This document shows positions 9,143 to 19,629 of a stretch of 48,188 bases of DNA, in pieces. The stretch comes from an uncultured Dysosmobacter sp. (lineage in GTDB: Bacteria > Bacillota > Clostridia > Oscillospirales > Oscillospiraceae). The stretch lies in contig CAUWEK010000001.1 in assembly GCA_963557435.1 (NCBI GenBank), positions 1 to 48,188 of the forward strand, written 5' to 3'. Both the position numbers and the translations under genes were made by a program. The number at the start of each line of letters is the position of its first letter. The stretch's first letter is position 1. Under the pieces are notes generated by a model. That model was not told the origin of the DNA, ran no database searches, and saw only the letters and a list, made by a program, of their open reading frames with translations.

Positions 9143-10678
9143 ATGTCTCAATTTGAACAAGCCCTGCCGCCGGGAGGGCCGGCGAAGCCTACCCCAAAAG
9201 CCCCCCTTCCCCTGTCCATCACCGCCCGCGAGCGGGCGCTTCTGCCTCTCACCTTCCTCTGGTGTTTTCTGGCGGAGGACACCATCCTCTGGGCCTGGCC
9301 CCATGGCCTCGGCATCTTCGCATCTGTGCTGGGCTGGTACGGCCTGCTGGCCCTGGCCCTGGGCCGCCGGGCCTTCAGCGGACGGAACCACCTGTTGCTG
9401 CTGGGCATGAACCTGGCTTTGGGCGTGTCCTTCGCCATCGGCTCCAACCTCTATTTTCGGCTGTGGAATTTTCTGGCGCTGCTGCTCCTCCTGCCTCTGC
9501 ACGCCCTGTCTCTTTCCGGCTGCTGCCACCTGCCCTGGTGGCGGATCGGCATGCTGGGCGAGCGGTTTTTGCTGCTGATCTGGGGACTGTTCAGCCACTT
9601 AGGCGCGGCCTGGGCCGCCCTGGTGCCTCCCAAGGAGCACCGCTCCCGCCGCCTGGGGGCCGCAGCCGCCGGGATGGTCATGGCACTGGTACTGGTGGTG
9701 ATTCTGGTGCCCGTTCTCTCCTCCGCCGACGCGCTGTTCGCCGCCGCCACAGCCAGTCTGCGCACCTTCGTCTCCTCGCACCTGAGCGAGACGCTGTGGA
9801 AGCTGGTACTGGCCCTGGCTGCCCTTCCCTTCATCTTCAGCCTGCTCTACGCTCTGGGCCACCCCACACCGCTGAAGGCCGCCCAGAGCAAGGCCGTCTC
9901 CGCTGATCCCCTGGCGCCCGCCCTGGTGCTGGCGGCGCTGGACGCGCTGTATCTGGCGTTTTTGGGGGTGCAGTCTGCGGGGCTTTTCGGCGGGGCGGAG
10001 TACCTTGCCAGCCGGGGACTGAGCTACGCCCAATGGGCCCGCAGCGGCTTTTTCCAGATGACCGGCGTCACCGTGGTAAACCTGTCTGTGCTGCTGGCGG
10101 CTCTGGCCGTGAGCCGCCGTGGCGGCCGGGTGTGGACAGCGGTGCGGGCCCTGGGCGCCGTGCTGATCCTGGAGAGCTTCCTGCTTTTGGCCTCTGCCGC
10201 CTGGCGCATGGGGCTGTATATCGGCGCCTACGGTCTTTCCTTCAAGCGATTTCTCACCGGCTGGGGCATGGTCATGATGGCCCTCTTCTTCCTGTGTGCC
10301 CTGTGGAAGCTGCGCCGTCCCGAGCGGTATTTTATGCGCCGGGCAGTGCCTATTGCCCTTTGCGGCTGGCTGGTACTCAACTGTATCCCCGTGGACTACC
10401 TGGTGGCCAAAGACCAGGTGGACCGCTATCTGGACGGCGAGAGCCCTTCGCTCAGCGTTTTTTACCTGGCTGAGTCCCTCTCCTACGACGCCCTGGCCCA
10501 GCTGGAGCGGCTGGACGGGAGCCGTCCCGCCTGGACCTACGAGGCAGAGGGCCTCTATGCCTCCGACGGCGAGACGCTGGCGGACGTGATCGCCCGGCGG
10601 CAGGCCCAGGCCCGAGCGGACTGTACCGACTGGCGCAGCTGGTCTCTGTCCGCTTATCTTGCCGGAGGCGGATCATGA
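9143..10678 (+). CDS. DUF4153/DUF4173-like polytopic membrane protein
   Basis: Many TM helices; LSSADALF, SYAQWARSGFFQM, SA.WRM.LYI.AYGLS.KR, YL..LSYDA motifs. Confidence 0.8.
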   Translation: MSQFEQALPPGGPAKPTPKAPLPLSITARERALLPLTFLWCFLAEDTILWAWPHGLGIFASVLGWYGLLALALGRRAFSGRNHLLLLGMNLALGVSFAIGSNLYFRLWNFLALLLLLPLHALSLSGCCHLPWWRIGMLGERFLLLIWGLFSHLGAAWAALVPPKEHRSRRLGAAAAGMVMALVLVVILVPVLSSADALFAAATASLRTFVSSHLSETLWKLVLALAALPFIFSLLYALGHPTPLKAAQSKAVSADPLAPALVLAALDALYLAFLGVQSAGLFGGAEYLASRGLSYAQWARSGFFQMTGVTVVNLSVLLAALAVSRRGGRVWTAVRALGAVLILESFLLLASAAWRMGLYIGAYGLSFKRFLTGWGMVMMALFFLCALWKLRRPERYFMRRAVPIALCGWLVLNCIPVDYLVAKDQVDRYLDGESPSLSVFYLAESLSYDALAQLERLDGSRPAWTYEAEGLYASDGETLADVIARRQAQARADCTDWRSWSLSAYLAGGGS

Positions 10679-11169
10679 GCGCCCGGCAGCTGCGTGCCCG
10701 AATCCGAAGGACCTTGGGCCTGGCCGCTCTGGGCGCGGCGGTCCTGACCGTCGGCGCTCTGGCATCGCTCCTGCTGCTGACCGGCGGCAGTCTTCGCCCG
10801 CTGCTGGAGCGCAGGGACTACACCGCGACGGTGGAGCTAAACTGGGATCTCTCCCTGCCGGAGAGCAGCGAGGCGGTCTACGAGACGGACTCCGGCCCCA
10901 GTTTCCACGGGGACGGCGAGCGGTATCACGTTCTGCAATACGCCGTGGGCAGCGGCATCGAGTCCGCCCTTTCCTGGCAGGCCCCGCCGGTGGACACAGC
11001 TACGGCGGAGGCGCTGATGGACGATCTGGACGTTCCGGAGCGGCAGCGGCCGGACCTGGCCGAGTGCCTCTGGTACACTGCCGTGGATCCCTCGGACAGC
11101 CGCAATCACCTGTACCTGCTGTTCGACCCCTCCACCCTGGAGCTGTATATCCTGGAGTCCTTTTTCTGA
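10675..11169 (+). CDS. Hypothetical protein with N-terminal membrane anchor
   Basis: ATGA overlap with upstream gene; TM helix, then acidic domain with SFHGDGERY. Confidence 0.7.
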   Translation: MSARQLRARIRRTLGLAALGAAVLTVGALASLLLLTGGSLRPLLERRDYTATVELNWDLSLPESSEAVYETDSGPSFHGDGERYHVLQYAVGSGIESALSWQAPPVDTATAEALMDDLDVPERQRPDLAECLWYTAVDPSDSRNHLYLLFDPSTLELYILESFF

Positions 11170-11170
11170 T

Positions 11171-11202
11171 AAAAAAGCGTCCGCCTGAGCGGACGCTTTT
11201 TT
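11171..11202. terminator. Bidirectional terminator
   Basis: AAAAAAGCGTCCGC-CTGA-GCGGACGCTTTTTT between convergent genes. Confidence 0.85.
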
Positions 11203-11208
11203 ATGCAC

Positions 11209-11976
11209 TTACAGCCGGTAGCCCAGCAGGCGGGAAATATTGGCGGCCGTCTGCCGCACCTCCCGGATCATGTCCTCCTGGTCCTGGCGCATGCGGTAAT
11301 CCGGGCCGGAAATGCTCACCGCCGCCACCACCCGGCGGTTCATGTCGTACACCGGCGCTGCCACGCAGATCAGGCCGATCTCGATCTCCCCCACGTCCAT
11401 GGCATAGCCGTTGAGGCGGGCCTGGACCAGCTCGTCCCGCAGCCGGTCGGGGTCGGTGATGGTGCTGTCCGTCAAAGGCTTGGCCTTGCGGCGCATCCAC
11501 TCACAGTAGTCGTCGATAAAAGCGGCATCCTGGCACGAGAGCATCACCTTGCCGCTGCTGGTGGCATAAGCCGGCGCCAGGCCGCCGATCTGCGTGTTGC
11601 AGACGATGGACCGGTGGGTCTCCACCTTGTCCAGATAAAAGATATCCCGCTCCAGCAGCACGCTGTGGTTGATGGTCTCCTGTACCGTATCGCTCAGGTG
11701 CTCCAGCTCCGGCCGGGCCACCCGCCGAAGATCGGACTGCCCCAAAATGGCGCTGGCCAGCAGCATCAGCCGCGGTCCCACCCGGTAGCTTTTGCGGACG
11801 GGGTCCTGCACCAGATACTGCCGGTCCGCCAGAGTGGATACCTGCCGGAACACCGTGGTGGAGGGCATATCCAAATGCTCCACCAGCTCCTTGAGCGTCC
11901 ACTCCGTCTCCCGATCCATGAAGCACTCCAGGATCTGCAAGGCCCGGAGGATGCTGGACACCTGTTCTTTCGCCAT
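11209..11976 (-). CDS. IclR-family transcriptional regulator
   Basis: VSSILRALQILE HTH, STTVFRQVSTL, YRVGP, ATSSGK, GYAMD.GE...GLICVAAPV...AAVSISGP. Confidence 0.95.
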   Translation of the reverse strand: MAKEQVSSILRALQILECFMDRETEWTLKELVEHLDMPSTTVFRQVSTLADRQYLVQDPVRKSYRVGPRLMLLASAILGQSDLRRVARPELEHLSDTVQETINHSVLLERDIFYLDKVETHRSIVCNTQIGGLAPAYATSSGKVMLSCQDAAFIDDYCEWMRRKAKPLTDSTITDPDRLRDELVQARLNGYAMDVGEIEIGLICVAAPVYDMNRRVVAAVSISGPDYRMRQDQEDMIREVRQTAANISRLLGYRL

Positions 11977-12110
11977 GGCCGCGATTCCTTCCCTTCTCCG
12001 TAAACTCAATGACACTCCCGCTTGACAAGGCGGGGATTCCTGCTTATGGTAAGAGTATACCATAAGCCTGCGGGCTTGTGAATCTTTTATAGCACATTTT
12101 CGGAATTTTG

Positions 12111-12125
12111 TTCCACAGTGCGGAA
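12111..12125. promoter_or_regulatory. Putative IclR operator
   Basis: 15-bp near-palindrome TTCCACAGTGCGGAA between divergent iclR and the fabZ-like gene. Confidence 0.6.
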
Positions 12126-12166
12126 AACGTGCCCTGCCGGCACAGATCGATCCAGGAGGCATCTCT

Positions 12167-12610
12167 ATGTGTAAAGCAATTTCCCTGACCCATCAGCAGG
12201 TGATGGACATTCTTCCCCACCGGGACCCCATGCTGCTGATCGACGAAGCCAGTGAGCTGGTACCCGGCGAGTCCATCACGGCCACCTTTTGGGCAGACCC
12301 CCAGCGGGATATTTTCCGGGGCCACTTTCCCGGCGAGCCGGTGCTGCCCGGGGTGTACACGGTGGAGGCCACGGCCCAGGCCACCGATCTGGTGCTCATG
12401 AGCAAGCCGGTCTACGCAGGCAAGATCCCTCTGTTTCTGGGGCTCAACAATGTGCGCTTCCTGCGCAAGATCCTCCCCGGCGACACGCTGGAGATCCGCG
12501 CACAGCTCCTCAGTGAGCGGCCGGAAAAGGCCATCGCCACCTGCCGCTGCACCGTCCACGTCCACGGCGAGCTGGCAGCGGAGACGGACGTCACCATTGC
12601 CATGCGCTGA
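12167..12610 (+). CDS. FabZ/FabA-like hotdog-fold dehydratase (paralog outside the fab operon)
   Basis: LPHRDPMLLID, FRGHFPGEPVLPGV..VEATAQ, RF...ILPGD; SD AGGAGG. Confidence 0.88.
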   Translation: MCKAISLTHQQVMDILPHRDPMLLIDEASELVPGESITATFWADPQRDIFRGHFPGEPVLPGVYTVEATAQATDLVLMSKPVYAGKIPLFLGLNNVRFLRKILPGDTLEIRAQLLSERPEKAIATCRCTVHVHGELAAETDVTIAMR

Positions 12611-12659
12611 CAAGAAAAACCCCGTTCCCTACCGGGAACGGGGTTCTTTTCTGTGTTTT

Positions 12660-13835
<1,176 letters not shown>

Positions 13836-13906
13836 GGTCATCTTCTCCTTTTATGATAAATTTCCTCTAAACCGTTTTTCGGTGATGGGATGTTTCTCTG
13901 GTCTAA

Positions 13907-15166
13907 TTATGTCTCCAGGTCGCCGGTCCAGGGCAGCGTGGAGCCGCCGTAGGGCATGGCCAGCACCGTGGCGCCGCTGCCGCAGCGCCGCGCCGCGGCG
14001 TCGTAGGCCTCCTGTACCGTGTGGAACGGCGTCATAAAGAGGCTGCGCACCAGGTCGTCCTCCAGGTCGCTGACCAGGTAAATGTCCGCCTGCTCCAGCA
14101 CCATGGCGATGGCCGCCGCCTTGTGGCCCCCCAGCCGGAACTCCTTTTGGATGCGGTCGATGAGAGAATGAGGCGTGGGCGCCTGGGTGAGCCACTCCTC
14201 GAACACCTTCTCCCCCAGGCCCTCCCGGCACGAGCCAATCAGCACCACCACGCCGCCGGGACTCACAGCATGCTTGGCATTGTCCAGGGCCTTCTGGGTC
14301 TGATACAGGTTCAGGTCCTTGGGCGCGCCCCCCTGGCTCACCAGCACGATATCCGCCCGCCGGGAAAGCTCCTTGCGGTAGAGGGTGTCCAAAAAGGCGC
14401 AGCCGATCCGGTGGGCCTTCGTCACGTCGCCTGCCACCGCCCGGATGATCTCCTTGTGGGCGTCCAGCACCACGTTGACGATGAAGTCCACCCCCACCAT
14501 GGCGGCGGCTTCCTCGATATCCTCCCGGACAGGATTGCCGTCAAGCTTCCCCGCGCAGGCGGCGGATTCCACCATGCGGCAGTGGTTGGCCTGGATGGCG
14601 TCCCGGGTGGAGACGCCGGGCATGATGGCCTTGGCGCCGCCGGAGTAGCCTGCAAAGTAGTGGTACTCAATGTTGCCCAGGCAGATGCGCCGGTCCGCCT
14701 CCGCCACCCGCCGGTCGATGTCCACCGGCGTGCCCCGGGACGTGGTGCCCACATGGACGCAGTTCCCTACGTCCAGATCCACGCAGCGGATCTGCCCCCA
14801 GGCCTGCTCCCCGGCAAGATGCGCCATCTCCTCCGGAGTATGCTTTCGGTGGCTGCCCAGTGCAAACACCAGCGTGATGTCCTCCGGGCGCACACCGGCG
14901 CCGTACAGCTCCTCCAAAACCGGCGGCAGCACGGTCCAGGTGGGCATGGGACGGGTAATATCGCTGGTGACGATGGCCACCTTTTCGCCGGGCCGGACGA
15001 TCTCCCGGAGCCGGGGCGTTCCGATGGGCTCCGCCAGCGCCCGGCGCACCTCCGCCTGACCGGTCAGTCCCACCGGCACGTCGTTGGGCTCCAGCACGCC
15101 CAGCACCGCTTCATCCGGTACACGGACGGTTTCGGTGCGCGTGCCGATCTTGAATGAGAGCTCCAT
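13907..15166 (-). CDS. LarA-family nickel-pincer-dependent 2-hydroxyacid racemase (candidate malate racemase)
   Basis: SDITRP, ALGSHR, HYFAGYSGGAK, ANH, NLYQTQK motifs of the LarA family; directly upstream of malic enzyme, same strand. Confidence 0.9.
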   Translation of the reverse strand: MELSFKIGTRTETVRVPDEAVLGVLEPNDVPVGLTGQAEVRRALAEPIGTPRLREIVRPGEKVAIVTSDITRPMPTWTVLPPVLEELYGAGVRPEDITLVFALGSHRKHTPEEMAHLAGEQAWGQIRCVDLDVGNCVHVGTTSRGTPVDIDRRVAEADRRICLGNIEYHYFAGYSGGAKAIMPGVSTRDAIQANHCRMVESAACAGKLDGNPVREDIEEAAAMVGVDFIVNVVLDAHKEIIRAVAGDVTKAHRIGCAFLDTLYRKELSRRADIVLVSQGGAPKDLNLYQTQKALDNAKHAVSPGGVVVLIGSCREGLGEKVFEEWLTQAPTPHSLIDRIQKEFRLGGHKAAAIAMVLEQADIYLVSDLEDDLVRSLFMTPFHTVQEAYDAAARRCGSGATVLAMPYGGSTLPWTGDLET

Positions 15167-15194
15167 GACGCCACCTCCTTTTTTCATTGGTTTC

Positions 15195-15223
15195 ATTGTA
15201 AAATCTACGGTACGGCTTGTCAA
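15195..15223 (-). promoter_or_regulatory. SigA promoter of the racemase-malic enzyme operon
   Basis: TTGACA-17 bp-TACAAT; adjoining AT-rich region 15224-15265 probably holds LysR boxes. Confidence 0.75.
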
Positions 15224-15297
15224 ATATAGTTTTTCTTGATTTATATCAATAAATTTTATATGATCAAAGCAGCGCTCTGAATTTGGAGGTTTTGCCT

Positions 15298-16173
15298 ATG
15301 AAATTGCAGCAGCTTCGCTACTTCTGCGCCGCCTGCCGGATGCGCAGCCTGTCCCGGGCGGCGGAGTCGCTCCATGTGTCCCAGCCGTCGGTATCCATGG
15401 CCATCCGGGAGCTGGAGCGGGAATTCGGCGTGTCCCTCATCGCCCGGCGCTATCAGGGCTTTGCCCTGACGGAGGAGGGCACTGCCCTGTGGGAGATGGC
15501 GGAAAGTCTTCTGCGTCATGCCGACCATGTGCAGGCCCAGATGCAGGCCCTGGGTCAGCGGCGCCGGCCCGTGCGGCTGGGCGTACCGCCCATGATCGGC
15601 ACCGTGCTGCTGCCCCGGCTGTATCGGGAGATGGACCGCCGGTGCCCGGAGCTGCTGCTGGAAACGGAAGAACTGGGTACAAAAACACTGCTGCGGGACC
15701 TCAGGGAAAATGTGCTGGACCTGGCCTTCGTGTCCCATCACGAGTCGCTGGAGCCGGACTTTGACGCCCTGCCCATCACCACACTGGAGATCGTCTGGTG
15801 CGCCCGGCGGAGCCATCGGCTGGCCGGGCAGGCCTCCATTGCCCCGGCTCAGCTGGAAGGAGAACCGCTGGTGCTGTTCCAAACCGGGTTCTCTCTGCGG
15901 GAGCTGGTGACGGACGCCTTTGAAAAAGCCGGGGTAGTGCCCCGGGTGCTCCACACATCGGAGCAGCTCTCCACGGTGGAGAGCCTGATCCGAAGCGGCA
16001 CCGCCAGCGGCTTTTTGCTCCGTCCTCTGGCCTGCGGCGATGCATCGCTGGCGGCCATCCCCCTGACTCCGCCGGTGTGCGTCCAGGTGAGTCTGGTATG
16101 GCGCCGCAGCCGCAAGCCCTTTCGTGATATGGCACGGCTCATGGACCTGTGCCGCACGGCGCAGCTGTTTTGA
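15298..16173 (+). CDS. LysR-family transcriptional regulator
   Basis: MKLQQLRYF...SLSRAAESLHVSQPSVSMAIRELEREFGVSL; divergent from the larA-family gene. Confidence 0.95.
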   Translation: MKLQQLRYFCAACRMRSLSRAAESLHVSQPSVSMAIRELEREFGVSLIARRYQGFALTEEGTALWEMAESLLRHADHVQAQMQALGQRRRPVRLGVPPMIGTVLLPRLYREMDRRCPELLLETEELGTKTLLRDLRENVLDLAFVSHHESLEPDFDALPITTLEIVWCARRSHRLAGQASIAPAQLEGEPLVLFQTGFSLRELVTDAFEKAGVVPRVLHTSEQLSTVESLIRSGTASGFLLRPLACGDASLAAIPLTPPVCVQVSLVWRRSRKPFRDMARLMDLCRTAQLF

Positions 16174-16179
16174 TCCCAG

Positions 16180-16214
16180 AAAAAACTGCCTCCGGCAAAA
16201 GCCGGAGGCAGTTC
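16180..16214. terminator. Terminator between lysR and DASS copy 1
   Basis: AAAAAACTGCCTCCGGC-AAAA-GCCGGAGGCAGTT. Confidence 0.8.
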
Positions 16215-16248
16215 TTGGTAGAAACTCTGTATGCGCGGATGCAGAACA

Positions 16249-17691
16249 TCAGGTACCGATGCCGAAGATGCCCATGGTCCCGCCGTCGAGCCTGATGCGG
16301 AACACCCCCCGGCCTATAATCTTCAGACCCAGGCCGCAGGTGACCAGATCCTTCATGGTGATCTCGCCGGTACCATAAGCGATGGCATTGGGGGGAGTGG
16401 CGGGGGGCAGCATAAAGGCGAAGTTGCACGCCAGCATGGTGGCGATCATCATGGCGAAGGGGCTCACGCCGATAGCCTCGCCCACGCCGGCCAGCACGGG
16501 GATGAAGGCGGCCACCACCACAGCGTTGGTGGTCAGCTCGGTCAGCAGAGCGGTGACGATACCCACGATGATGCAGATGACCACGGCGTTCATGCCTTCC
16601 AGGCCGGAGAGCATGTTGGCGACCCAGCCAGCCACGCCGGCATCCTTGAAGGCGTTGCCCATGACCATGGAGCCGCCCAGCAGGATGACCGCGTTCCAGG
16701 GAATGTCATTGAAGCCGGTCTTCCAGTCGCAGACATACTCGCCTTCCTTGTAGTCCACAGGGATGGCCATGACCAGGAAAGCGCCCAGCATAGCCACGGT
16801 CTCGTCAGTGGCGAAGGGGACCCAGTCGCCCCAGACCAGAGAACGGGTGACCCACAGCACAACGCAGAAGGAGAACACGATAGCAGTCCACTTCTCGCCC
16901 TTGTTCATGGGGCCCAGCTCCTCATACTGCTTGCGGGCGATGGAGATGTCGATGGAGGGCATCTTGTCCACCTTGAAGAACTTGACCATGTAGATCCACA
17001 TCAGGGGGATCAGCACGATGGTGAAGGGCAGGCCGATCTTCAGCCAGTCCAAAAAGTCGATCTCAATGCCGATGGTGGACTGGATCAGGCCGATGCCGGT
17101 AGGGTTGGTGGTGGTGCCGATGGTGGTGGCCATGCCGCCGATGGTGGCAGCATAGGGAATGCACAGCACCATGGCCTTGCGCAGGCCCTTGGCATCCTCA
17201 CCCAGCGTGCTGGCGATGGCCAGAGCCACAGGCAGCATCATGACGGTGGCAGCGGTGTTGGACATCCACATGGACACGAAAGCAACAGCAAGAATGAAGC
17301 CCAGGATCAGCGTGGTGGGCTTTTTGCCGATCTTGGAGACGATGCCCAGGCTGATGCGCTTGTGCAGGCCATGCTTGACCATGGCGCCGGACATGAAGCC
17401 CACGCCAACCAGCAGGTAGCAGGTGGAATAGGCGTAGTGGGTGAACAGCTGCACATCATTTTCACCCTTGGCGCCGGTGATCCCCATCAAGGGGAACAAA
17501 AGAATCGGAAGCAGTGCAGTGAACGGGATGGGCATGGCCTCAGTGATCCAGAAGACCACCATCAGCACGGTGACCGCCAGCACCCGCTGGCCCACCAGTG
17601 TCAATCCCTCGGGGGTGGGCATGAAGCCGATGATCAGCATCAGCAAAATGCCCACGATGAATCCGATTTTGCGAATCTTGTATTTACCCAT
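16249..17691 (-). CDS. DASS/SLC13 dicarboxylate transporter, copy 1 (480 aa)
   Basis: WITEAMP, GLHKRI, SMWMSNTA, IGGMAT.IGT..N, FMLPP.TPPNAI. Confidence 0.92.
   Translation of the reverse strand: MGKYKIRKIGFIVGILLMLIIGFMPTPEGLTLVGQRVLAVTVLMVVFWITEAMPIPFTALLPILLFPLMGITGAKGENDVQLFTHYAYSTCYLLVGVGFMSGAMVKHGLHKRISLGIVSKIGKKPTTLILGFILAVAFVSMWMSNTAATVMMLPVALAIASTLGEDAKGLRKAMVLCIPYAATIGGMATTIGTTTNPTGIGLIQSTIGIEIDFLDWLKIGLPFTIVLIPLMWIYMVKFFKVDKMPSIDISIARKQYEELGPMNKGEKWTAIVFSFCVVLWVTRSLVWGDWVPFATDETVAMLGAFLVMAIPVDYKEGEYVCDWKTGFNDIPWNAVILLGGSMVMGNAFKDAGVAGWVANMLSGLEGMNAVVICIIVGIVTALLTELTTNAVVVAAFIPVLAGVGEAIGVSPFAMMIATMLACNFAFMLPPATPPNAIAYGTGEITMKDLVTCGLGLKIIGRGVFRIRLDGGTMGIFGIGT
16648..16983. repeat. 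336-bp tract identical to 18530-18865
   Basis: Base-by-base comparison of the two DASS genes (offset 1882) shows no mismatch in this interval. Confidence 0.9.
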
Positions 17692-17786
17692 CGAATCTCC
17701 TCCTCATAGTATTTGGATCAGACGGCATTTTCCCCCTCCATCCGATCCGTGGGTTGCTCCACAGAGCTTCATCGCCAAAATATTAT

Positions 17787-17803
17787 AGCAAAATTCGTGC
17801 CAA
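17787..17803 (-). promoter_or_regulatory. Sigma54 -24/-12 promoter of DASS copy 1
   Basis: TTGGCACGAATTTTGCT on the minus strand, 96 nt upstream of the ATG. Confidence 0.85.
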
Positions 17804-18040
17804 CCAGTCAAATCTCGCGGTTTTATTTTTTTGATTTTTTGTACAAACCCATTTTCAAAAAATCAGCCTCTTCCACAAACCGACAAAGAAAACCGCCGAA
17901 AACCGCCAAATAAAACCCCAGCATTTTCCAGATGTATTAGCGGTTTGTTTCCGCCTCGTTCTGGATTTTTAACAAAAACGTTACACTTTGTTCATCCGTT
18001 CAAAAAGCCGATATTGCTTTGAAAAAATGCGTTTTTCAGG

Positions 18041-18074
18041 AAAATCCCCCCTGCCGTCCGGCAGGGGGGATTTT
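18041..18074 (-). terminator. Terminator of DASS copy 2
   Basis: AAAATCCCCCCTGCCG-TC-CGGCAGGGGGGATTTT hairpin. Confidence 0.8.
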
Positions 18075-18130
18075 AAGGGATGTAACACCCCGGTTTCAAA
18101 TGTTACGCGTCAGGTCTGTGGGGGCGGCCA

Positions 18131-19573
18131 TCAGGTGCCGATCCCAAAAACGCCCATGGTAATGAAGTAGAGCACGATGGGGAACACCACCAGGGCGATG
18201 ATCTTCAATCCCAGGCCGCATTTCATCAGATCCTTCATGGTGATCTCGCCGGTACCGTAGGCAATGGCGTTGGGCGGCGTGCCCGGAGGCAGCATGAAGG
18301 CAAAGTTGCACGCCAGCATGCAGGCGATCATCATGGCGAAGGGGCTCACGCCGATGGCCTGGCCCACACCGGCCAGCACGGGGATGAAGGCGGCCACCAC
18401 CACGGCGTTGGTGGTCAGCTCCGTCAGCAGCGCGGTGATGATGCCCACGATGATGACGATGACCACGGAGTTCATGCCCGCAAGGCCGGAGAGCTTCTCC
18501 GCCACCCAGCCGGCCACGCCGGCATCCCGGAAGGCGTTGCCCATGACCATGGAGCCGCCCAGCAGGATGACCGCGTTCCAGGGAATGTCATTGAAGCCGG
18601 TCTTCCAGTCGCAGACATACTCGCCTTCCTTGTAGTCCACAGGGATGGCCATGACCAGGAAAGCGCCCAGCATAGCCACGGTCTCGTCAGTGGCGAAGGG
18701 GACCCAGTCGCCCCAGACCAGAGAACGGGTGACCCACAGCACAACGCAGAAGGAGAACACGATAGCAGTCCACTTCTCGCCCTTGTTCATGGGGCCCAGC
18801 TCCTCATACTGCTTGCGGGCGATGGAGATGTCGATGGAGGGCATCTTGTCCACCTTGAAGAACTTCACCATGTAGATCCACATCAGGGGGACCAGCACGA
18901 TGGTGAAGGGCAGGCCGATCTTCAGCCAGTCCAAAAAGTCGATCTCGATGCCGATGGACTCTTTGATCAATCCGATGCCGGTGGGGTTGGTGGTGGTGCC
19001 GATGACCGTGGCCATACCGCCGATGGTGGCGGCATAGGGGATGCACAGCACCATGGCCTTGCGCAATCCCTTGGCCTCGTCTCCCATGGTGCTGGCGATG
19101 GCCAGGGCCACAGGCAGCATCATAACGGTGGCGGCGGTGTTGGACATCCACATGGAAACGAAGGAAACGGCGATGATGAAGCCCAGGATCAGCGTGGTGG
19201 GCTTTTTGCCGATCTTGGAGACAATGCCCAGGCTGATGCGCTTGTGCAGACCGTGCTTGACCATGGACCCGGACAAGAAGCCCACGCCAACCAGCAGGTA
19301 GCAGGTGGAATAGGCGTAGTGAGTGAACAGCTGCACGTCATTTTGTCCCTTGGAGCCGGTAATGCCCATGAGCGGGAACAGCAAAATGGGCAGCAATGCG
19401 GTAAACGGGATCGGCATGGCCTCGGTGATCCAGAAGACCACCATCAGCACGGTGACCGCCAGCACCCGCTGGCCCACCAGTGTCAATCCCTCAGGGGTGG
19501 GCATGAAGCCGATGATGAGCATCAGCACAACGCCCACGATAAACCCGATCTTTTGGACCTTTGTTTTACCCAT
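18131..19573 (-). CDS. DASS/SLC13 dicarboxylate transporter, copy 2 (480 aa)
   Basis: Same motifs as copy 1; start MGKTKVQK behind SD AGGAGGAG; about 40 of 480 residues differ from copy 1 (hand count). Confidence 0.93.
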   Translation of the reverse strand: MGKTKVQKIGFIVGVVLMLIIGFMPTPEGLTLVGQRVLAVTVLMVVFWITEAMPIPFTALLPILLFPLMGITGSKGQNDVQLFTHYAYSTCYLLVGVGFLSGSMVKHGLHKRISLGIVSKIGKKPTTLILGFIIAVSFVSMWMSNTAATVMMLPVALAIASTMGDEAKGLRKAMVLCIPYAATIGGMATVIGTTTNPTGIGLIKESIGIEIDFLDWLKIGLPFTIVLVPLMWIYMVKFFKVDKMPSIDISIARKQYEELGPMNKGEKWTAIVFSFCVVLWVTRSLVWGDWVPFATDETVAMLGAFLVMAIPVDYKEGEYVCDWKTGFNDIPWNAVILLGGSMVMGNAFRDAGVAGWVAEKLSGLAGMNSVVIVIIVGIITALLTELTTNAVVVAAFIPVLAGVGQAIGVSPFAMMIACMLACNFAFMLPPGTPPNAIAYGTGEITMKDLMKCGLGLKIIALVVFPIVLYFITMGVFGIGT

Positions 19574-19629
19574 GGATTCTCCTCCTCTATTGCGTTGCGT
19601 TTTTCCGGCCGAATTTGTCAAAATATACA

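Noticed and set aside
2787-11202. Similar terminator stems AAAAAAGCGTCC...GGACGCTTTTTT at 2787 and 11171 as a REP/MITE family
   Set aside because: Only the outer ~12 bp match; both sit at convergent gene ends as ordinary terminators
17700-18130. AT-rich 430-bp spacer as a CRISPR array, ncRNA or foreign insert
   Set aside because: No periodic repeats; explained by a terminator, A-tracts, putative activator sites and a sigma54 promoter
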